From: a virus
DNA length: 64,000 bases
Virus record (IMG/VR): IMGVR_UViG_3300036766_000184
Coordinates: 23,864-87,863 of that record
Reading direction: 5' to 3' (one strand)
Shown here: positions 39,676 through 49,930 of the stretch, piece after piece
How the letters are laid out: each line of letters begins with the position of its first letter
Position numbering within the stretch: the stretch's first letter is position 1
The notes under the pieces: generated by a model
Told to the model about the DNA's origin: nothing
The model's database searches: none
Seen by the model: only the letters and a program-made list of their open reading frames with translations
Program-made: the position numbers and the translations under genes

Positions 39676-39778
39676 GTGAAACTTGGGGTGTCTCGTGCTA
39701 TTTCCTCTCGCCGTCCACCTCGGCGCAACGCCGAGGGCCTCGTGATTCCCCAAGTTTCACAGTGGCACGGACGGCGAG
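39676..39778 (+). ncRNA. Structured leader / C4- or CI-like antisense RNA and its target
   Basis: 13-bp perfect stem 39676-88/39748-60; inner 8-bp hairpin; loop segments complementary to 39762-69 and 39769-78. Confidence 0.65.
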
Positions 39779-39786
39779 TTTTTTAG

Positions 39787-40470
39787 ATGCGCGACATAGC
39801 GCAGATACTAGGCAAGCTTGAGCGCATACTCAGCGCCCTTGAGCACGACGAGCAGCAAACCATCCTCCGTTGCCTCATGCTCCGTTACCCATCAACGAAC
39901 GCCGTTCGTATGCGCAATGTACGTGCGCAACCTGCACAGCGTGCAGAACAACGTGCAGAACTCAGTTCTGAACAGCGTGCAGAACAGGTAAGTGCGACGC
40001 GCAAGGTGTTGACTTTACCTGCTGTAGATTCTTTAGCTTCTAAAGCAGTAGAATCTAAAGGTTCTAAGGCAGTAGAGCCTGAAGGATTTGCTGAGTTCTG
40101 GAATGCGTATCCACTCAAAAAAGACATAAATCGCGCTCAAAAAGCCTATGCGCAAGCTCTGAAAAGGGGCGATGCGCAAGCGATATTAGAGGGCTTGCGC
40201 AAGCAATCAAACGACATGCGCATTCGTATTGCGCAAGGTGAATCTAAGTACGTTCCGCATCCGACAACGTGGCTTAACAACGACCGTTGGGACGACGAAG
40301 CGGATGTTCAGGCGACGGTGAGCCCGAAGGCGACCGGGCCGGCGGTGTGGTTAAGTATGCACACTAACGGGGGAAGTAGGGATGATAGACAACGACAGGG
40401 CGAACTTCGCGCGGGTGATGACGAAGCTCTCCGAGGCGTTCAGCGAGACGGTGAGCCCGCTCAAGACTGA
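39787..40470 (+). CDS. Phage replication initiator
   Basis: FAEFWNAYPLKK...AQKAY...YVPHPTTWLNNDRWDDE C-terminal domain. Confidence 0.8.
   Translation: MRDIAQILGKLERILSALEHDEQQTILRCLMLRYPSTNAVRMRNVRAQPAQRAEQRAELSSEQRAEQVSATRKVLTLPAVDSLASKAVESKGSKAVEPEGFAEFWNAYPLKKDINRAQKAYAQALKRGDAQAILEGLRKQSNDMRIRIAQGESKYVPHPTTWLNNDRWDDEADVQATVSPKATGPAVWLSMHTNGGSRDDRQRQGELRAGDDEALRGVQRDGEPAQD
39930..40080. repeat. Putative replication origin (iterons plus AT-rich tract) inside the initiator gene
   Basis: Three copies of cgtgcagaac; repeated ttctaa(a/g)gcagtaga; local AT enrichment. Confidence 0.6.
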
Positions 40471-40876
40471 CGTGTACTTCGAGGCACTACTGGACTACGA
40501 GATGGAGTTTTTAGAGCCGGCGGCCGAGTACATCATCCGCACCGCGAAGTGGTTCCCGAAGCCGGTCGAGTTGCGCGATGCCGCGAGCCTGTTCCGGGTG
40601 GAGGCGCGGCGCAAGGCGCTCCCGCCGGCGATGCGCTATGCACTGACGGGGCCGATGCTGACCGAGGTCGAGATCAAGTCCTTCCTCGACAAACTCCGTG
40701 AGCAGCCCGAGAACGCCGAGCGGCTGGCTGAGATCCCTCGGAAGGGGGCCGAGGCTCTCGAAGCCGACCTTAAGCGGCTGGACGCGATCGGCGCCCGCGA
40801 CATGACCGACGAGAAGCGACGGGCACTGGGCCAGTTCAAGCGATACCTTCCGGGCCAAGACGAACGCGCTTGCTAA
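40382..40876 (+). CDS. Putative helicase loader (lambda P / SPP1 gp39-like position)
   Basis: YFEALLDY.....AAEYIIRTAKWFPKPVELR; follows initiator. Confidence 0.65.
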   Translation: MIDNDRANFARVMTKLSEAFSETVSPLKTDVYFEALLDYEMEFLEPAAEYIIRTAKWFPKPVELRDAASLFRVEARRKALPPAMRYALTGPMLTEVEIKSFLDKLREQPENAERLAEIPRKGAEALEADLKRLDAIGARDMTDEKRRALGQFKRYLPGQDERAC

Positions 40877-40899
40877 GTGAACTCACGGCACGGTAGACT
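40870..40899 (+). promoter_or_regulatory. Promoter with inverted operator GTGAACTCAC
   Basis: TTGCTA, 18 bp, TAGACT; motif at 40877-40886; ATG at 40906. Confidence 0.6.
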
Positions 40900-40905
40900 G
40901 ACCCC

Positions 40906-41361
40906 ATGAGCCGCCCCCTCCAGATCTCCCGTGCGGACGCCAAGCGACTCGGGATCACGGTTGCCCGGCGGGCACGGGTCGTCACAGAGGTTGTTGGGGT
41001 CGGGGCGCGCCACGCCTACGCCTGCGTACCGTACACGGCCGAGGCATGGTCGAAGAACAAGGCGTGGCGGCACCGGAAAGACGGGCGGGTCTACCTGAGC
41101 ACGCCGGCACGGGAAGCCCGCGAGACCCTGACCGCGCTCCTGCGACAGCCCGCATGGCCGCAGCGAAAAACGTGGCTCGTGGTCGACGTCTACCTTGGCG
41201 ATCATCGGAGCGACCCGATCAACACCGTCGATGGTTTGGCCGATAGCGTGAAAATTGCCATCGGGGTTGACGACAGATTTTTCGCAATCAAGCATCTCGA
41301 CTGGTTCATCGACCCCGAAAATCCACGGATCGAAGTTCAGGTCTACCAGGACGCATCGTGA
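40906..41361 (+). CDS. RusA-like endodeoxyribonuclease
   Basis: SKNKAWR...RSDPINTVDGLADSVKIAIGVDDRFF...DPENPRIEVQV. Confidence 0.7.
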   Translation: MSRPLQISRADAKRLGITVARRARVVTEVVGVGARHAYACVPYTAEAWSKNKAWRHRKDGRVYLSTPAREARETLTALLRQPAWPQRKTWLVVDVYLGDHRSDPINTVDGLADSVKIAIGVDDRFFAIKHLDWFIDPENPRIEVQVYQDAS

Positions 41362-41392
41362 GCTGCCCGCGCGGGCAACAGGAGTGGTGGGT

Positions 41393-42628
41393 ATGCAGGT
41401 GATCGCGGAGCACGGACACAAGCCGATCAAGGCGTGGATTGACGGCGTAGAGATCGAAGATGCGGCCCGCCAGCAGCTTCACAATCTGGCGTCGTTGCCG
41501 TTCATCTACAAACACGTTGCGGTCATGCCGGACTGCCACTTCGGGATCGGCGCGACCGTGGGCTCGGTGATCGCGACGCGCGGCGCGGTCGTGCCAGCGG
41601 CTTGCGGGGTCGACATCGGTTGCGGGATGCTGTGGGCGCCGCTCGACGTGCGCGAGGAAGAACTCGACGGCCAGCGTCAAGCGCTCCACGACGCCATCGA
41701 CGGGTCGATCCCGAACGGCCGCACGAACAACGGCCAGGCCGGTGACGATGGCGCGTGGGGCACGCCGCCCAACTACATCTCGACCGCGTGGGGCCCGATG
41801 ATGGACGACCTCGCGTCAATCCAGGCGCGGCATCCGAAGATCACGCCGCGCGTCGAGCCGGTGCATCAACTCGGGACGCTCGGGACCGGCAACCACTTTG
41901 TCGAGGTGGTGGTCGATGAGACCGGCCGTGCCGGGATCATGCTGCATTCGGGGAGTCGCGGCATCGGCAATCTCATCGGACGCTACTTCATCGAGCGCGC
42001 CAAGCGCGCCATGGAGCGGTACTTCATCACGTTGCCCGACGCGGACCTAGCCTACCTGCCCGAGCTCGACAGTGCCGGCCAGCCCGACAAGGATTTCGTG
42101 GACTACATGGACGCGGTGTGGTGGGCGCAAGAGTTCGCCGCCAAGAACCGATCGCTCATGCTGCGCGCCGCTCTGGCGGTGATGGGGAGCGTGCTCGGGC
42201 GCGAGGTCAGCGTCGGCGGGCCCGGCGCGGTCCAATGTCACCACAACTACATCGCCCGTGAGAACCACTACGGGGACAACGTACTCGTGACGCGCAAGGG
42301 GGCCGTGCGGGCTCGCGTCGGCGATCTCGGGATCATCCCCGGCGCGATGGGACGTCAGAGCTTCATCGTCCGCGGCAAGGGCAACCCGGAGAGCTTCATG
42401 TCGTGTAGCCACGGGGCCGGGCGCGCGATGAGCCGAACGCAAGCGCGCGCGAGGTTCACCGTCGAGCAGCATCAGGCCGACACGGAGGGCATCGCGTGCC
42501 GCAAGGACGCGAGCGTGCTGGACGAAACGCCACGAGCGTACAAGTCGATTGAAGCGGTCATGGCCGCTCAGTCTGATCTGGTGGAGATCGTCCACACCCT
42601 GCGCGCCGTCGTGTGCGTGAAGGGATGA
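41393..42628 (+). CDS. rtcB: RtcB RNA ligase (3'-P or 2',3'-cyclic P to 5'-OH)
   Basis: MPDCH, GVDIGCG, GTGNHF, HSGSRG, HHNY, RKGA, SCSHGAGR, DETPRAYK. Confidence 0.97.
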   Translation: MQVIAEHGHKPIKAWIDGVEIEDAARQQLHNLASLPFIYKHVAVMPDCHFGIGATVGSVIATRGAVVPAACGVDIGCGMLWAPLDVREEELDGQRQALHDAIDGSIPNGRTNNGQAGDDGAWGTPPNYISTAWGPMMDDLASIQARHPKITPRVEPVHQLGTLGTGNHFVEVVVDETGRAGIMLHSGSRGIGNLIGRYFIERAKRAMERYFITLPDADLAYLPELDSAGQPDKDFVDYMDAVWWAQEFAAKNRSLMLRAALAVMGSVLGREVSVGGPGAVQCHHNYIARENHYGDNVLVTRKGAVRARVGDLGIIPGAMGRQSFIVRGKGNPESFMSCSHGAGRAMSRTQARARFTVEQHQADTEGIACRKDASVLDETPRAYKSIEAVMAAQSDLVEIVHTLRAVVCVKG

Positions 42629-42834
42629 AAACCATCGCCTTCGTGGTCCTCCTGTACGAATCAGGCGGCGCCCTCTCGGACGTCGCCATCCGCCACAATC
42701 GCGCCTCCGCGAAAGGGATCGGAGAAACGTGGACCGGCCGCTCGGACTGGCGCAAACAAGCCGACAAGCGCACCGTCACCGTGTCGGGGAACGAGGGGCG
42801 AGTCGCGCACGTGTACGAAAGGGAAATCGCATGA
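42625..42834 (+). CDS. Small hypothetical protein between the two ligases
   Basis: ATGA overlaps with both neighbours. Confidence 0.55.
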   Translation: MKTIAFVVLLYESGGALSDVAIRHNRASAKGIGETWTGRSDWRKQADKRTVTVSGNEGRVAHVYEREIA

Positions 42835-43790
42835 GCGGCGAGTCTACGTCCTGGCATTCCTATCCGTCGAGCTTCGCGCTGGGTCATCGTGCGCTCGCCG
42901 ATCTCCTACTCGATCCGGTACTCGTAGAGGAGAAGGTAGACGGCAGCCAGTTTTCGTGGGGACTCTTCCCCCGCGAAGACGATCCGTTCATGTGGGAGGG
43001 GTTGCGGTGCCGATCGAAGGGCGCGCAACTCAACCTCCTCGCGCCGGAGAAAATGTTCGAGCGCGCGATCGACACCGTCAAGGCGATGCGTGGTCAGCTC
43101 CAGCCCGGCTGGACCTATCGCGCGGAATATATGGCGAAGCCTCATCACAACGCGCTCACCTACGATCGCGTACCCGCCCAGCACCTCATCCTTTTCGACA
43201 TCAACCCAGGGCACGAGGAATATCTGTCGTGGGACGACAAGGCCCGAGAGGCTGAGCGGCTCGGGCTGGAGGTCGTGCCGCGGCTCTTCTACGGGATACT
43301 CACCGACGTCGAGATGCTGCGAGAGATGCTGAGCCGGGTGTCGATCCTCGGGGGCCAAACGATCGAGGGTGTCGTCATCAAGAATCCGGCGCGGTTCGGA
43401 CTCGACAAGAAGATCCTGATCGGAAAGTACGTCTCGGAGGCGTTCAAGGAAGTTCACGCGGCCGAGTGGAAAGCCGCCAACCCGAAGAGCGGCGACATCA
43501 TCGAGATGCTGATCCGCCAGTACGCATCACCGGCGCGCTGGCAAAAGGGACTCCAACACCTCCGAGAGGCCGGACAGATCACAGATAGCCCGAAGGACAT
43601 CGGCCTCCTCATGCGCGAGATCCCCGAGGACATCGCCAAGGAAGCCGAGGACGAGATCAAGGCGCGCCTCTGGTCGTGGGCGTGGCCGAAGATCCGACGT
43701 GGCGTCGCCGCTGGCCTCCCGAACTGGTACAAAGACTCGATTCTGCTCCCGAAGCAATTTGAGGAAGCCGCGCCAGAGGAGACCCAATGA
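42831..43790 (+). CDS. ATP-dependent RNA ligase (Rnl2-like nucleotidyltransferase)
   Basis: Motif I EEKVDGSQ, RAEY, LFDI, VVPRLF, IEGVVIKN, GKYVSEAFKE. Confidence 0.85.
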   Translation: MSGESTSWHSYPSSFALGHRALADLLLDPVLVEEKVDGSQFSWGLFPREDDPFMWEGLRCRSKGAQLNLLAPEKMFERAIDTVKAMRGQLQPGWTYRAEYMAKPHHNALTYDRVPAQHLILFDINPGHEEYLSWDDKAREAERLGLEVVPRLFYGILTDVEMLREMLSRVSILGGQTIEGVVIKNPARFGLDKKILIGKYVSEAFKEVHAAEWKAANPKSGDIIEMLIRQYASPARWQKGLQHLREAGQITDSPKDIGLLMREIPEDIAKEAEDEIKARLWSWAWPKIRRGVAAGLPNWYKDSILLPKQFEEAAPEETQ

Positions 43791-44746
43791 AGAAGAAGCG
43801 CACGCGGCGCGCGAACGACTCGGCGCCTCCGGTGACACCCGCAACGGCCCCGCCATCAGACGCGGTGGCCGCGACACCTGTCGTCAGCGATTCCGAGGGG
43901 CACCCGGAACGACAGGATTCGGGGAGCGTGCCTACGGAGGTTGCCGTCGCAAAGAGGCCGCGCACTGCCCGGGCGGGCAAGGCGCGGCTCACCGAGATCG
44001 TCGCGGATGCCGCCGTTGCGGTGATCGTGGCAGCGGCCGGGGCCGAGCCCGATCTGGTGCTGGTCGAGGAATCCGCCACCCACAAGACGGAGGAAGGCCG
44101 CGCCGCCCAGGCCCTCTATGACCGCATCCTGGCTCAGGTCCACACGATCGAGACCGGGTTCATCAAGGTCGCGGCCGACATCGCGGAGGCGTACCGGACA
44201 CGGATCTGGGAGTTCTTCGGCGACGAGCCCCCGGAGCTGTTCTTCCAGAACAAGATCGGGCTGGGCATCCGCACGATCCTGCGCTTGAAGGCGATCCACG
44301 AGGCGCTGGACCGGCTCCCGATCGAGGAGCGGCTCGGGGCCGAGCTGGCCTTGGCGAAGATCGGGAGTCACAAGGCGGCCGTCTTGGCCCCGGTAATCGG
44401 CAACCATGAGAAGCCCTTGGGGGAGTGGCTGGTCATCGCGGCCGACCCGAGGACCACCGAGAAGACCCTCCAGGCCGCTGTCAGTGTCGCGACCGGGGCC
44501 ACACGGCAGGCCCGTGCTGGCTCGGAGCGGGACTTTGGGCAGGAGTTCCTTGACCGGACCATCGGGGGGCTCTCACCGCGTCACCAGGGGCAAGCGCGGG
44601 CCGTCTGGATGGCCTATTCCGGGTGGCTCGCCTCCCAGGCGGGGCGCGACAAGCCGTTCGATCCCCGGGCGACCTTCGTGGTCATGATCGAGCGAGCGCA
44701 GCATGAGATGGGTGAGGCCGGGATCGAGATCGCGGTGACGGCATGA
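43787..44746 (+). CDS. Hypothetical protein (possible HTH)
   Basis: Coupled ORF; FFQNKIGLGIRTILRL segment. Confidence 0.65.
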   Translation: MKKKRTRRANDSAPPVTPATAPPSDAVAATPVVSDSEGHPERQDSGSVPTEVAVAKRPRTARAGKARLTEIVADAAVAVIVAAAGAEPDLVLVEESATHKTEEGRAAQALYDRILAQVHTIETGFIKVAADIAEAYRTRIWEFFGDEPPELFFQNKIGLGIRTILRLKAIHEALDRLPIEERLGAELALAKIGSHKAAVLAPVIGNHEKPLGEWLVIAADPRTTEKTLQAAVSVATGATRQARAGSERDFGQEFLDRTIGGLSPRHQGQARAVWMAYSGWLASQAGRDKPFDPRATFVVMIERAQHEMGEAGIEIAVTA

Positions 44747-45480
44747 CAGACCACCTCGAAGAGCTGCCCGAGATCGAAGCGCAGGCCGCCGCCGTGGCCC
44801 AGAGAGTTCCATTGATTGCCATCACCGACCAGGCGAGCTTCGACTTGGCGACTGAGGACCGACGGGACATCAAGCGACGCCTCGCCCGGATCGCCGAGCT
44901 GATGGACGACATCTGCGACAGCGCGCATAAGGCGTGGAAGACAGCGGTAGCGAAACGTGATGGGTTGCGCGCGCCGTTCCTGGAGGCGGATAAGGCGTAT
45001 TCGCGAGCACAGGGCGCCTACGAGGAAGGGCAGACGAGGATTCGGCGCGAAGCCGAAGAGACGACTCGGCGCGAACGCGAGCGCCTGGAAACTGAAGAGC
45101 GGGATCGGGTCGCAGCCGAAAGCGCTAGGCTTCGACGGGAAGCCGAGGAGCGCCTGTTCGCCGAGGCGGTAGAGGCGGAGTCGGTTGGGGATACGCCGAC
45201 CGTCGTGCGGCTGCTGGAGACGCCGATCGAGACGCCTCTCGTTGAAGCTCGACCGGTCGCGGCCCCGGTGGTCCAGCTCGTCGCGAAGCCTGTCGCAAGA
45301 GGCGTGAGTTTCCGATCGGATTGGGACTTCGTGATTGTCGACGAGGCGAGCATCCCGCGCGAGTATCTGATCCCCGACCACGTGAAAATACGCAAGGCGG
45401 TGAAGGCCATGCGCGGCGAGACGGCTATCCCCGGCGTCAAAGCGACTGAGACGAGGATCGCCGTTCAGAGACAGGGCTGA
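44743..45480 (+). CDS. Coiled-coil protein with gp157-like C-terminus
   Basis: WDFVIVDEASIPREYLIPDHVKIRKAVK...IPGV. Confidence 0.7.
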   Translation: MTDHLEELPEIEAQAAAVAQRVPLIAITDQASFDLATEDRRDIKRRLARIAELMDDICDSAHKAWKTAVAKRDGLRAPFLEADKAYSRAQGAYEEGQTRIRREAEETTRRERERLETEERDRVAAESARLRREAEERLFAEAVEAESVGDTPTVVRLLETPIETPLVEARPVAAPVVQLVAKPVARGVSFRSDWDFVIVDEASIPREYLIPDHVKIRKAVKAMRGETAIPGVKATETRIAVQRQG

Positions 45481-45998
45481 TGCCGCTCCCCCGGAAGAAG
45501 CCTATGGCACCTCGCCAGTGCGGCATCGGCCGCTCAACCGAAAGCGGCAAGACGCTCTACTGTCTCCTCGACAAGGGTCACAAGGACGACTGCCGTTGGG
45601 ATCTGCCGCGCCCGGCCCCGCCGATCCAGAAGGGCGACACGATCATCCTGGCTGGGCGCGTGGTGGGGTTCCAGGCGATCGAGGCGCGCGTGCTGGACAT
45701 CGAACGCGAGGCGAGTCTTTTCGACCTCGACGGGAAGCCGCTCAAGCATGGCGCGACCGTCGTCAAGTACGACACCGTACTGACCCTGGTGGACATCCGC
45801 ACCCCCGTGCGCACCATCTGGAACAGGATGCGCCCCAAGGTCACGTTGAGCGTCACGTTCGATGCGTCCGGCGAAGAAGGGATGGTCTCGCGTCGGCTCA
45901 CCATCGCGGAGCTGCGTGCGTGGGCGATCCAGTGCCCGGTCGACGGAATCGTGTCTGAGTGGCTGCTCGAACACTTGTCACGGGGACCGATGTCGTGA
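45480..45998 (+). CDS. Hypothetical protein
   Basis: Coupled ORF; N-terminal C...C..GH...C. Confidence 0.6.
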   Translation: MPLPRKKPMAPRQCGIGRSTESGKTLYCLLDKGHKDDCRWDLPRPAPPIQKGDTIILAGRVVGFQAIEARVLDIEREASLFDLDGKPLKHGATVVKYDTVLTLVDIRTPVRTIWNRMRPKVTLSVTFDASGEEGMVSRRLTIAELRAWAIQCPVDGIVSEWLLEHLSRGPMS

Positions 45999-46528
45999 CC
46001 CGCGGTAAGGGCCTCTCCCGGAAGAAGCCCATGAACCGCGGCAAGGGGTTCTCCAAGACCCCGGTGGCGAAGCTCTGGAAGGCACTCGAAGCTGCCGCCC
46101 GCGCGGGCAAGCCGACGAGGCCCCGCACGCGCCTGCGCCGCCGCCGCGACGACGCCGAGACGCGAGCGGCGGACGCGGCCTATCGAGCGACGTGCGCGGA
46201 CCTAGCAAGGATCTGTAGAGGGCGATGCGAAAATCCGCTGTGCCCCGGCGAGCACCATGTCTCGGAGCCGCTCGATGCGAACCATGTCAGGAAGCGCTGG
46301 CGCTATGGCCGAAAAACCCAAGCGCAGCGGGACGACCGCTCCAATCTGACGATGTTGCGGAGAGGCTGTCACGAGTGGAGCGACGAAAGTATCGCGGGCT
46401 ATCGCGGTCGGCTGTCAATCATCCCGTGGGGCAACGAGAGGTTCGAGTTCGTCGTGACACGGCTACGAGGCGGCGAGGAGATCGCAGAGCGCGCGATCTA
46501 CACTCGCGCCAAGGAGAATCGCTTATGA
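45995..46528 (+). CDS. HNH-like nuclease
   Basis: GRCENPLC...LDANHVRKR...NLTMLRRGCH. Confidence 0.6.
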   Translation: MTRGKGLSRKKPMNRGKGFSKTPVAKLWKALEAAARAGKPTRPRTRLRRRRDDAETRAADAAYRATCADLARICRGRCENPLCPGEHHVSEPLDANHVRKRWRYGRKTQAQRDDRSNLTMLRRGCHEWSDESIAGYRGRLSIIPWGNERFEFVVTRLRGGEEIAERAIYTRAKENRL

Positions 46529-47115
46529 GCGGCGCCATTCACGGACCCTGGTTCTCAGGCAAGGGCTGGATCGACGGCGGGGACAACCGACTTTTACCCG
46601 TCGAGCGTGGGGAGCCGCGTACCTCCATCCAGGAGCGCCTCGAAGGTCGCCAGATCGCTCGGATGCACGACCTCATCACGCCGGCCGACGAGCACGGGCT
46701 CGGGTTCGAGCTGACCTCGGGGGCCCGCATGGTCATCTGGTCCGCCCGCGATTTCGACGCGCGCACGTATCAGTGGCGCGTCGTGTTCCGCTGGATACCC
46801 CCGATGAAGATCTGGACCCCGACGAGCGTCCGTCACTTCGGCAACGAGCGGCGCAACGCCTTGAAGCCCGAGGACCGCGCCGACGCGCTTCAGGAGCGCG
46901 TGGAGGGCCAGTGGATCGAGCACGTCGGCCCGACCTACGAGCCCAACGCCTACGGGGGCGAGACGGTCGTGTTCCACTTCCGGGGCGGGGCGAAGTTCAC
47001 GCTGGACGCCTGCCCGCCGGGCAAGGAATCGAAGGACACCTCGGACATGCGGTTCGCGTTCGTCGATGCGCCCGCGAAGACATACACGGGCGGGCCGCTC
47101 ATTATCGCGCCCTAA
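46525..47115 (+). CDS. Hypothetical protein with an internal domain duplication
   Basis: IQERLEGRQI...FELTSGA and LQERVEGQWI...FHFRGGA; AAGGAG RBS. Confidence 0.65.
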   Translation: MSGAIHGPWFSGKGWIDGGDNRLLPVERGEPRTSIQERLEGRQIARMHDLITPADEHGLGFELTSGARMVIWSARDFDARTYQWRVVFRWIPPMKIWTPTSVRHFGNERRNALKPEDRADALQERVEGQWIEHVGPTYEPNAYGGETVVFHFRGGAKFTLDACPPGKESKDTSDMRFAFVDAPAKTYTGGPLIIAP

Positions 47116-49618
47116 TCCTCCTCGCGCATCCGATCCACCGCGAGATCGTCTGCGTCTGAGCGCCCTCGCAACTCGTCTTCTGCCGCGGCTTCGAGCACCG
47201 CGTCGATGAAGTCCTCATCGTCCGTCACGTCGTCCGCGTGGGAGCAGCCGGCGATGCTGTTGACTTCGGCAGGCTCGGTCGGATCGTCTCGATGACCGCG
47301 CGACCCCGGCGTGACCGTTGCCGTGAGAGGGGCTTCACAGACTGGACACGATAGCTCAACGGTGACGGTCCTCATAGAACCTCCTCGGCGCGGAAACCCC
47401 GCACCCGACATACCTGGTGCTCCTTGATTGTGGCCTCATAGGGTACGCGGACCAAGCACTGAGCGGCGCGGGAACTCCACGTCACAGTGACGACGAGGAG
47501 CCGGTTCCCACGGACCCCCTTGGAGATGCGGATGATCTCGCCCTCCCACGTCCTGAACCGCTTGAGCCGAGCCGTCACGCGCTCCCCGGCCTTCCACGAC
47601 CAGCGGGCCGAGCGCGCGTTCGTCATTGAGGCGAGTCGGGCTGGACTCTTGGACTGGCCGCCCTTCTTGCCGGCGCACCGCATACAGGTCATCGTGCCGC
47701 CGCACTTTGGGCAACGGTTCGCCGTTTTCACAGCGCTGCGGCTCCGTGATGATCCTTGCCCGCCGGGCAGTGGGCGTCGCGGACGACCGTGAGGCGCTTC
47801 CAGGGGATCTTGACCTCGCGGCCAGCGACGTAGACGACCGCCGACCGCGCGCTGTGGCCGACGATGCGACCTTCTTGTCTGGATAGCGCCTTGTAGTAGC
47901 CGATGACGACCGTTCTCCCGACGTGGTGACAGATCCAGCACGGCCTCACAGTCTCGGCTCGTGGTCGGGGCCTTGCCCGTACTTGAGGTCGTCTCGGATC
48001 GGGGACTCGCGCATCGGCGGGGCGTTCTCGATGACGCCGCCGCGGGGTGCGATGATCTCACGCAGGCGCCACTTCTCGGCCCACTTGAGCCCGAAGCGCC
48101 GTACCATCTCGTCTCGCGCCTCGGCGTGCGTACCCTCGATGCGAACGAAGTGGTCGTCCAGCGACCAGCCGCCCTCGGGATGGACGTGCCCGAAGGTGAA
48201 GATCCATTCGTTCTTCATCACGCTCTCCGTTTCCGGCCCGCGCTGGCTGCGCCTTCTTCTTTAATCGTCACGGCCTTCGTCTTCGGAATCCAACCGGGCT
48301 CAAGGCAGATCGTGCTCTGCGCGCTGATGCCGTTCTCTGTTGTGAGCCAGAGCGCGTAGCCATCGAAGGACACGTAGCAGCCGTCACCGAGGTACGCCTT
48401 GTTCATGGCTGCTTGCATATAAAGCCTCCACCGATCGGGCACCGAGACACTCCGAGCGAACGCGGGGTGGTCTCCGAATCGCTCTCGAAGCATCGTGGCG
48501 AAACGCCGACGCCCTTGATGTAGTTCGGCCGCGTGCGCTCGCAGGCGTCCTTCGTCACGAACGGCCCCATGTTGAAGTTGATCGGCGTGTACGCCGTGAA
48601 AAACCACCCGAGCAGGACGATGGTCTTCGCTGTTCTCATGCCTGACCTCCCTCGCCGAGCGCCAGCGGCGGCACGACTCCGAGCGCTTCGAGTCCGGCGG
48701 TCTTGACGGCTGCGTTGAGATGGGCGTGGATCTCTGCCTTGGCGGCCTCTACGGTCTGGTCCATGTGCTCTCCGAACTGGCGCGCCACGAAGTCCAAGTT
48801 GTCGCCGATAGCCATCGAGACTTGATGCAGTTCGTCCCGAAGGGCTTTCTTGCCCGCACCATCTTCGACCAGCTTCTGCAAGGTCGCTACGCGCTCGCGG
48901 AGTTGCGCGAGCTTCTGATCCATCTCGGCCGAGAACTGCTCGGTGCGCGGCGCCGGATCGGGCAGGCGCGAGACCGGCCCCGACTCCACGCGCCGGATCG
49001 TGCAGGGCACGCCGCTACCACTCCCGACCGAGGACACATAGGTCGCCCACTGAGCCTCCGACATATCGACCTCGATCAAGGTCTTCCGGGCGTTCCAGCG
49101 GTCCTGATGGAGGCTGCGGTGCAGTTCGGCCACCGAGATTTCGATGATGACGCAGCGCTGGTGGATGAAGTCCGACCCGACCAGAACGTTGCGTCCGGTG
49201 CCACGACCGAGACGGATCATCCCGTAGGCCGGGTGATGCTCGACGGTCTCGTGGTCACCGCCCGCGCGCGGCGCGGCCTCGATTGTCGGCGCTTGGGGCC
49301 AGCAGTACGGACACGCGCCGATCTTATAGTTGTGTCCGCAGTGGCCGGGCTTCGTGATGCCGACGACAAAGCCGGGGCCGTAGGTCCCCTTGTAGGGCCC
49401 TTCGGTGATCTCGGTGACCTTGGTGCCAGCGACCAGGGCGACTCGACTCTCACTCATCGCGCCACCTCCTCCATCGTCTCGACCGTCTGCGCCAAGGTCA
49501 CCCGCGCCCGATGCGCCCGGGTCTGTTCGTGTGACCGGGTCGCGCGCTCGACGGAGTCCAGCAGCGCCCGGGAGTCCTGCCCGCAGCCGACGCAGAAGAG
49601 GGTGATGGTCGTGGTCAT
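47112..49618 (-). CDS. Leftward operon of eight small genes (47112-47375, 47372-47731, 47728-47949, 47946-48221, 48218-48418, 48403-48639, 48636-49457, 49454-49618), probably early
   Basis: Chained overlaps, GGAGG RBSs, several CxxC proteins, one exported protein. Confidence 0.65.
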
Positions 49619-49639
49619 GAGTGGGTCTCCCTGCACGAT

Positions 49640-49668
49640 CTTATAAACGATCCGGGTCCGCATGTCAA
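49640..49668 (-). promoter_or_regulatory. Leftward sigma70 promoter
   Basis: Minus strand TTGACA, 17 bp, TATAAG. Confidence 0.7.
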
Positions 49669-49766
49669 GAGGCTGTCTCAAGAAGTCTCTCGGTGAGTTC
49701 ATTGTAACCACAACAACCGTTGAAATCTCTGCCGCCAGGACCTGGTAGGAAGCGTCGTAACGGGGC

Positions 49767-49795
49767 TTGATGTCAGCCAAGTGGATGTGTATACT
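49767..49795 (+). promoter_or_regulatory. Promoter of the RHH-tnpB cassette
   Basis: TTGATG, 17 bp, TG-extended TATACT; ATG at 49802. Confidence 0.65.
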
Positions 49796-49801
49796 GTCAT
49801 C

Positions 49802-49930
49802 ATGGTTCACGTGAACTATCACCTGACTGACTCCCAGTTGGCGGCGCTCCGAGCGCGGTCGAAAGCGACCGGCCTCTCGGTCGCCGAGCTGATTCGGCGT
49901 GCCGTGGACGCCTACTTGAAGCGCCGCTGA
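49802..49930 (+). CDS. CopG/ribbon-helix-helix protein (42 aa)
   Basis: MVHVNYHLTDSQLAALRARSKATGLSVAELIRRAVDAYLKRR. Confidence 0.8.
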   Translation: MVHVNYHLTDSQLAALRARSKATGLSVAELIRRAVDAYLKRR

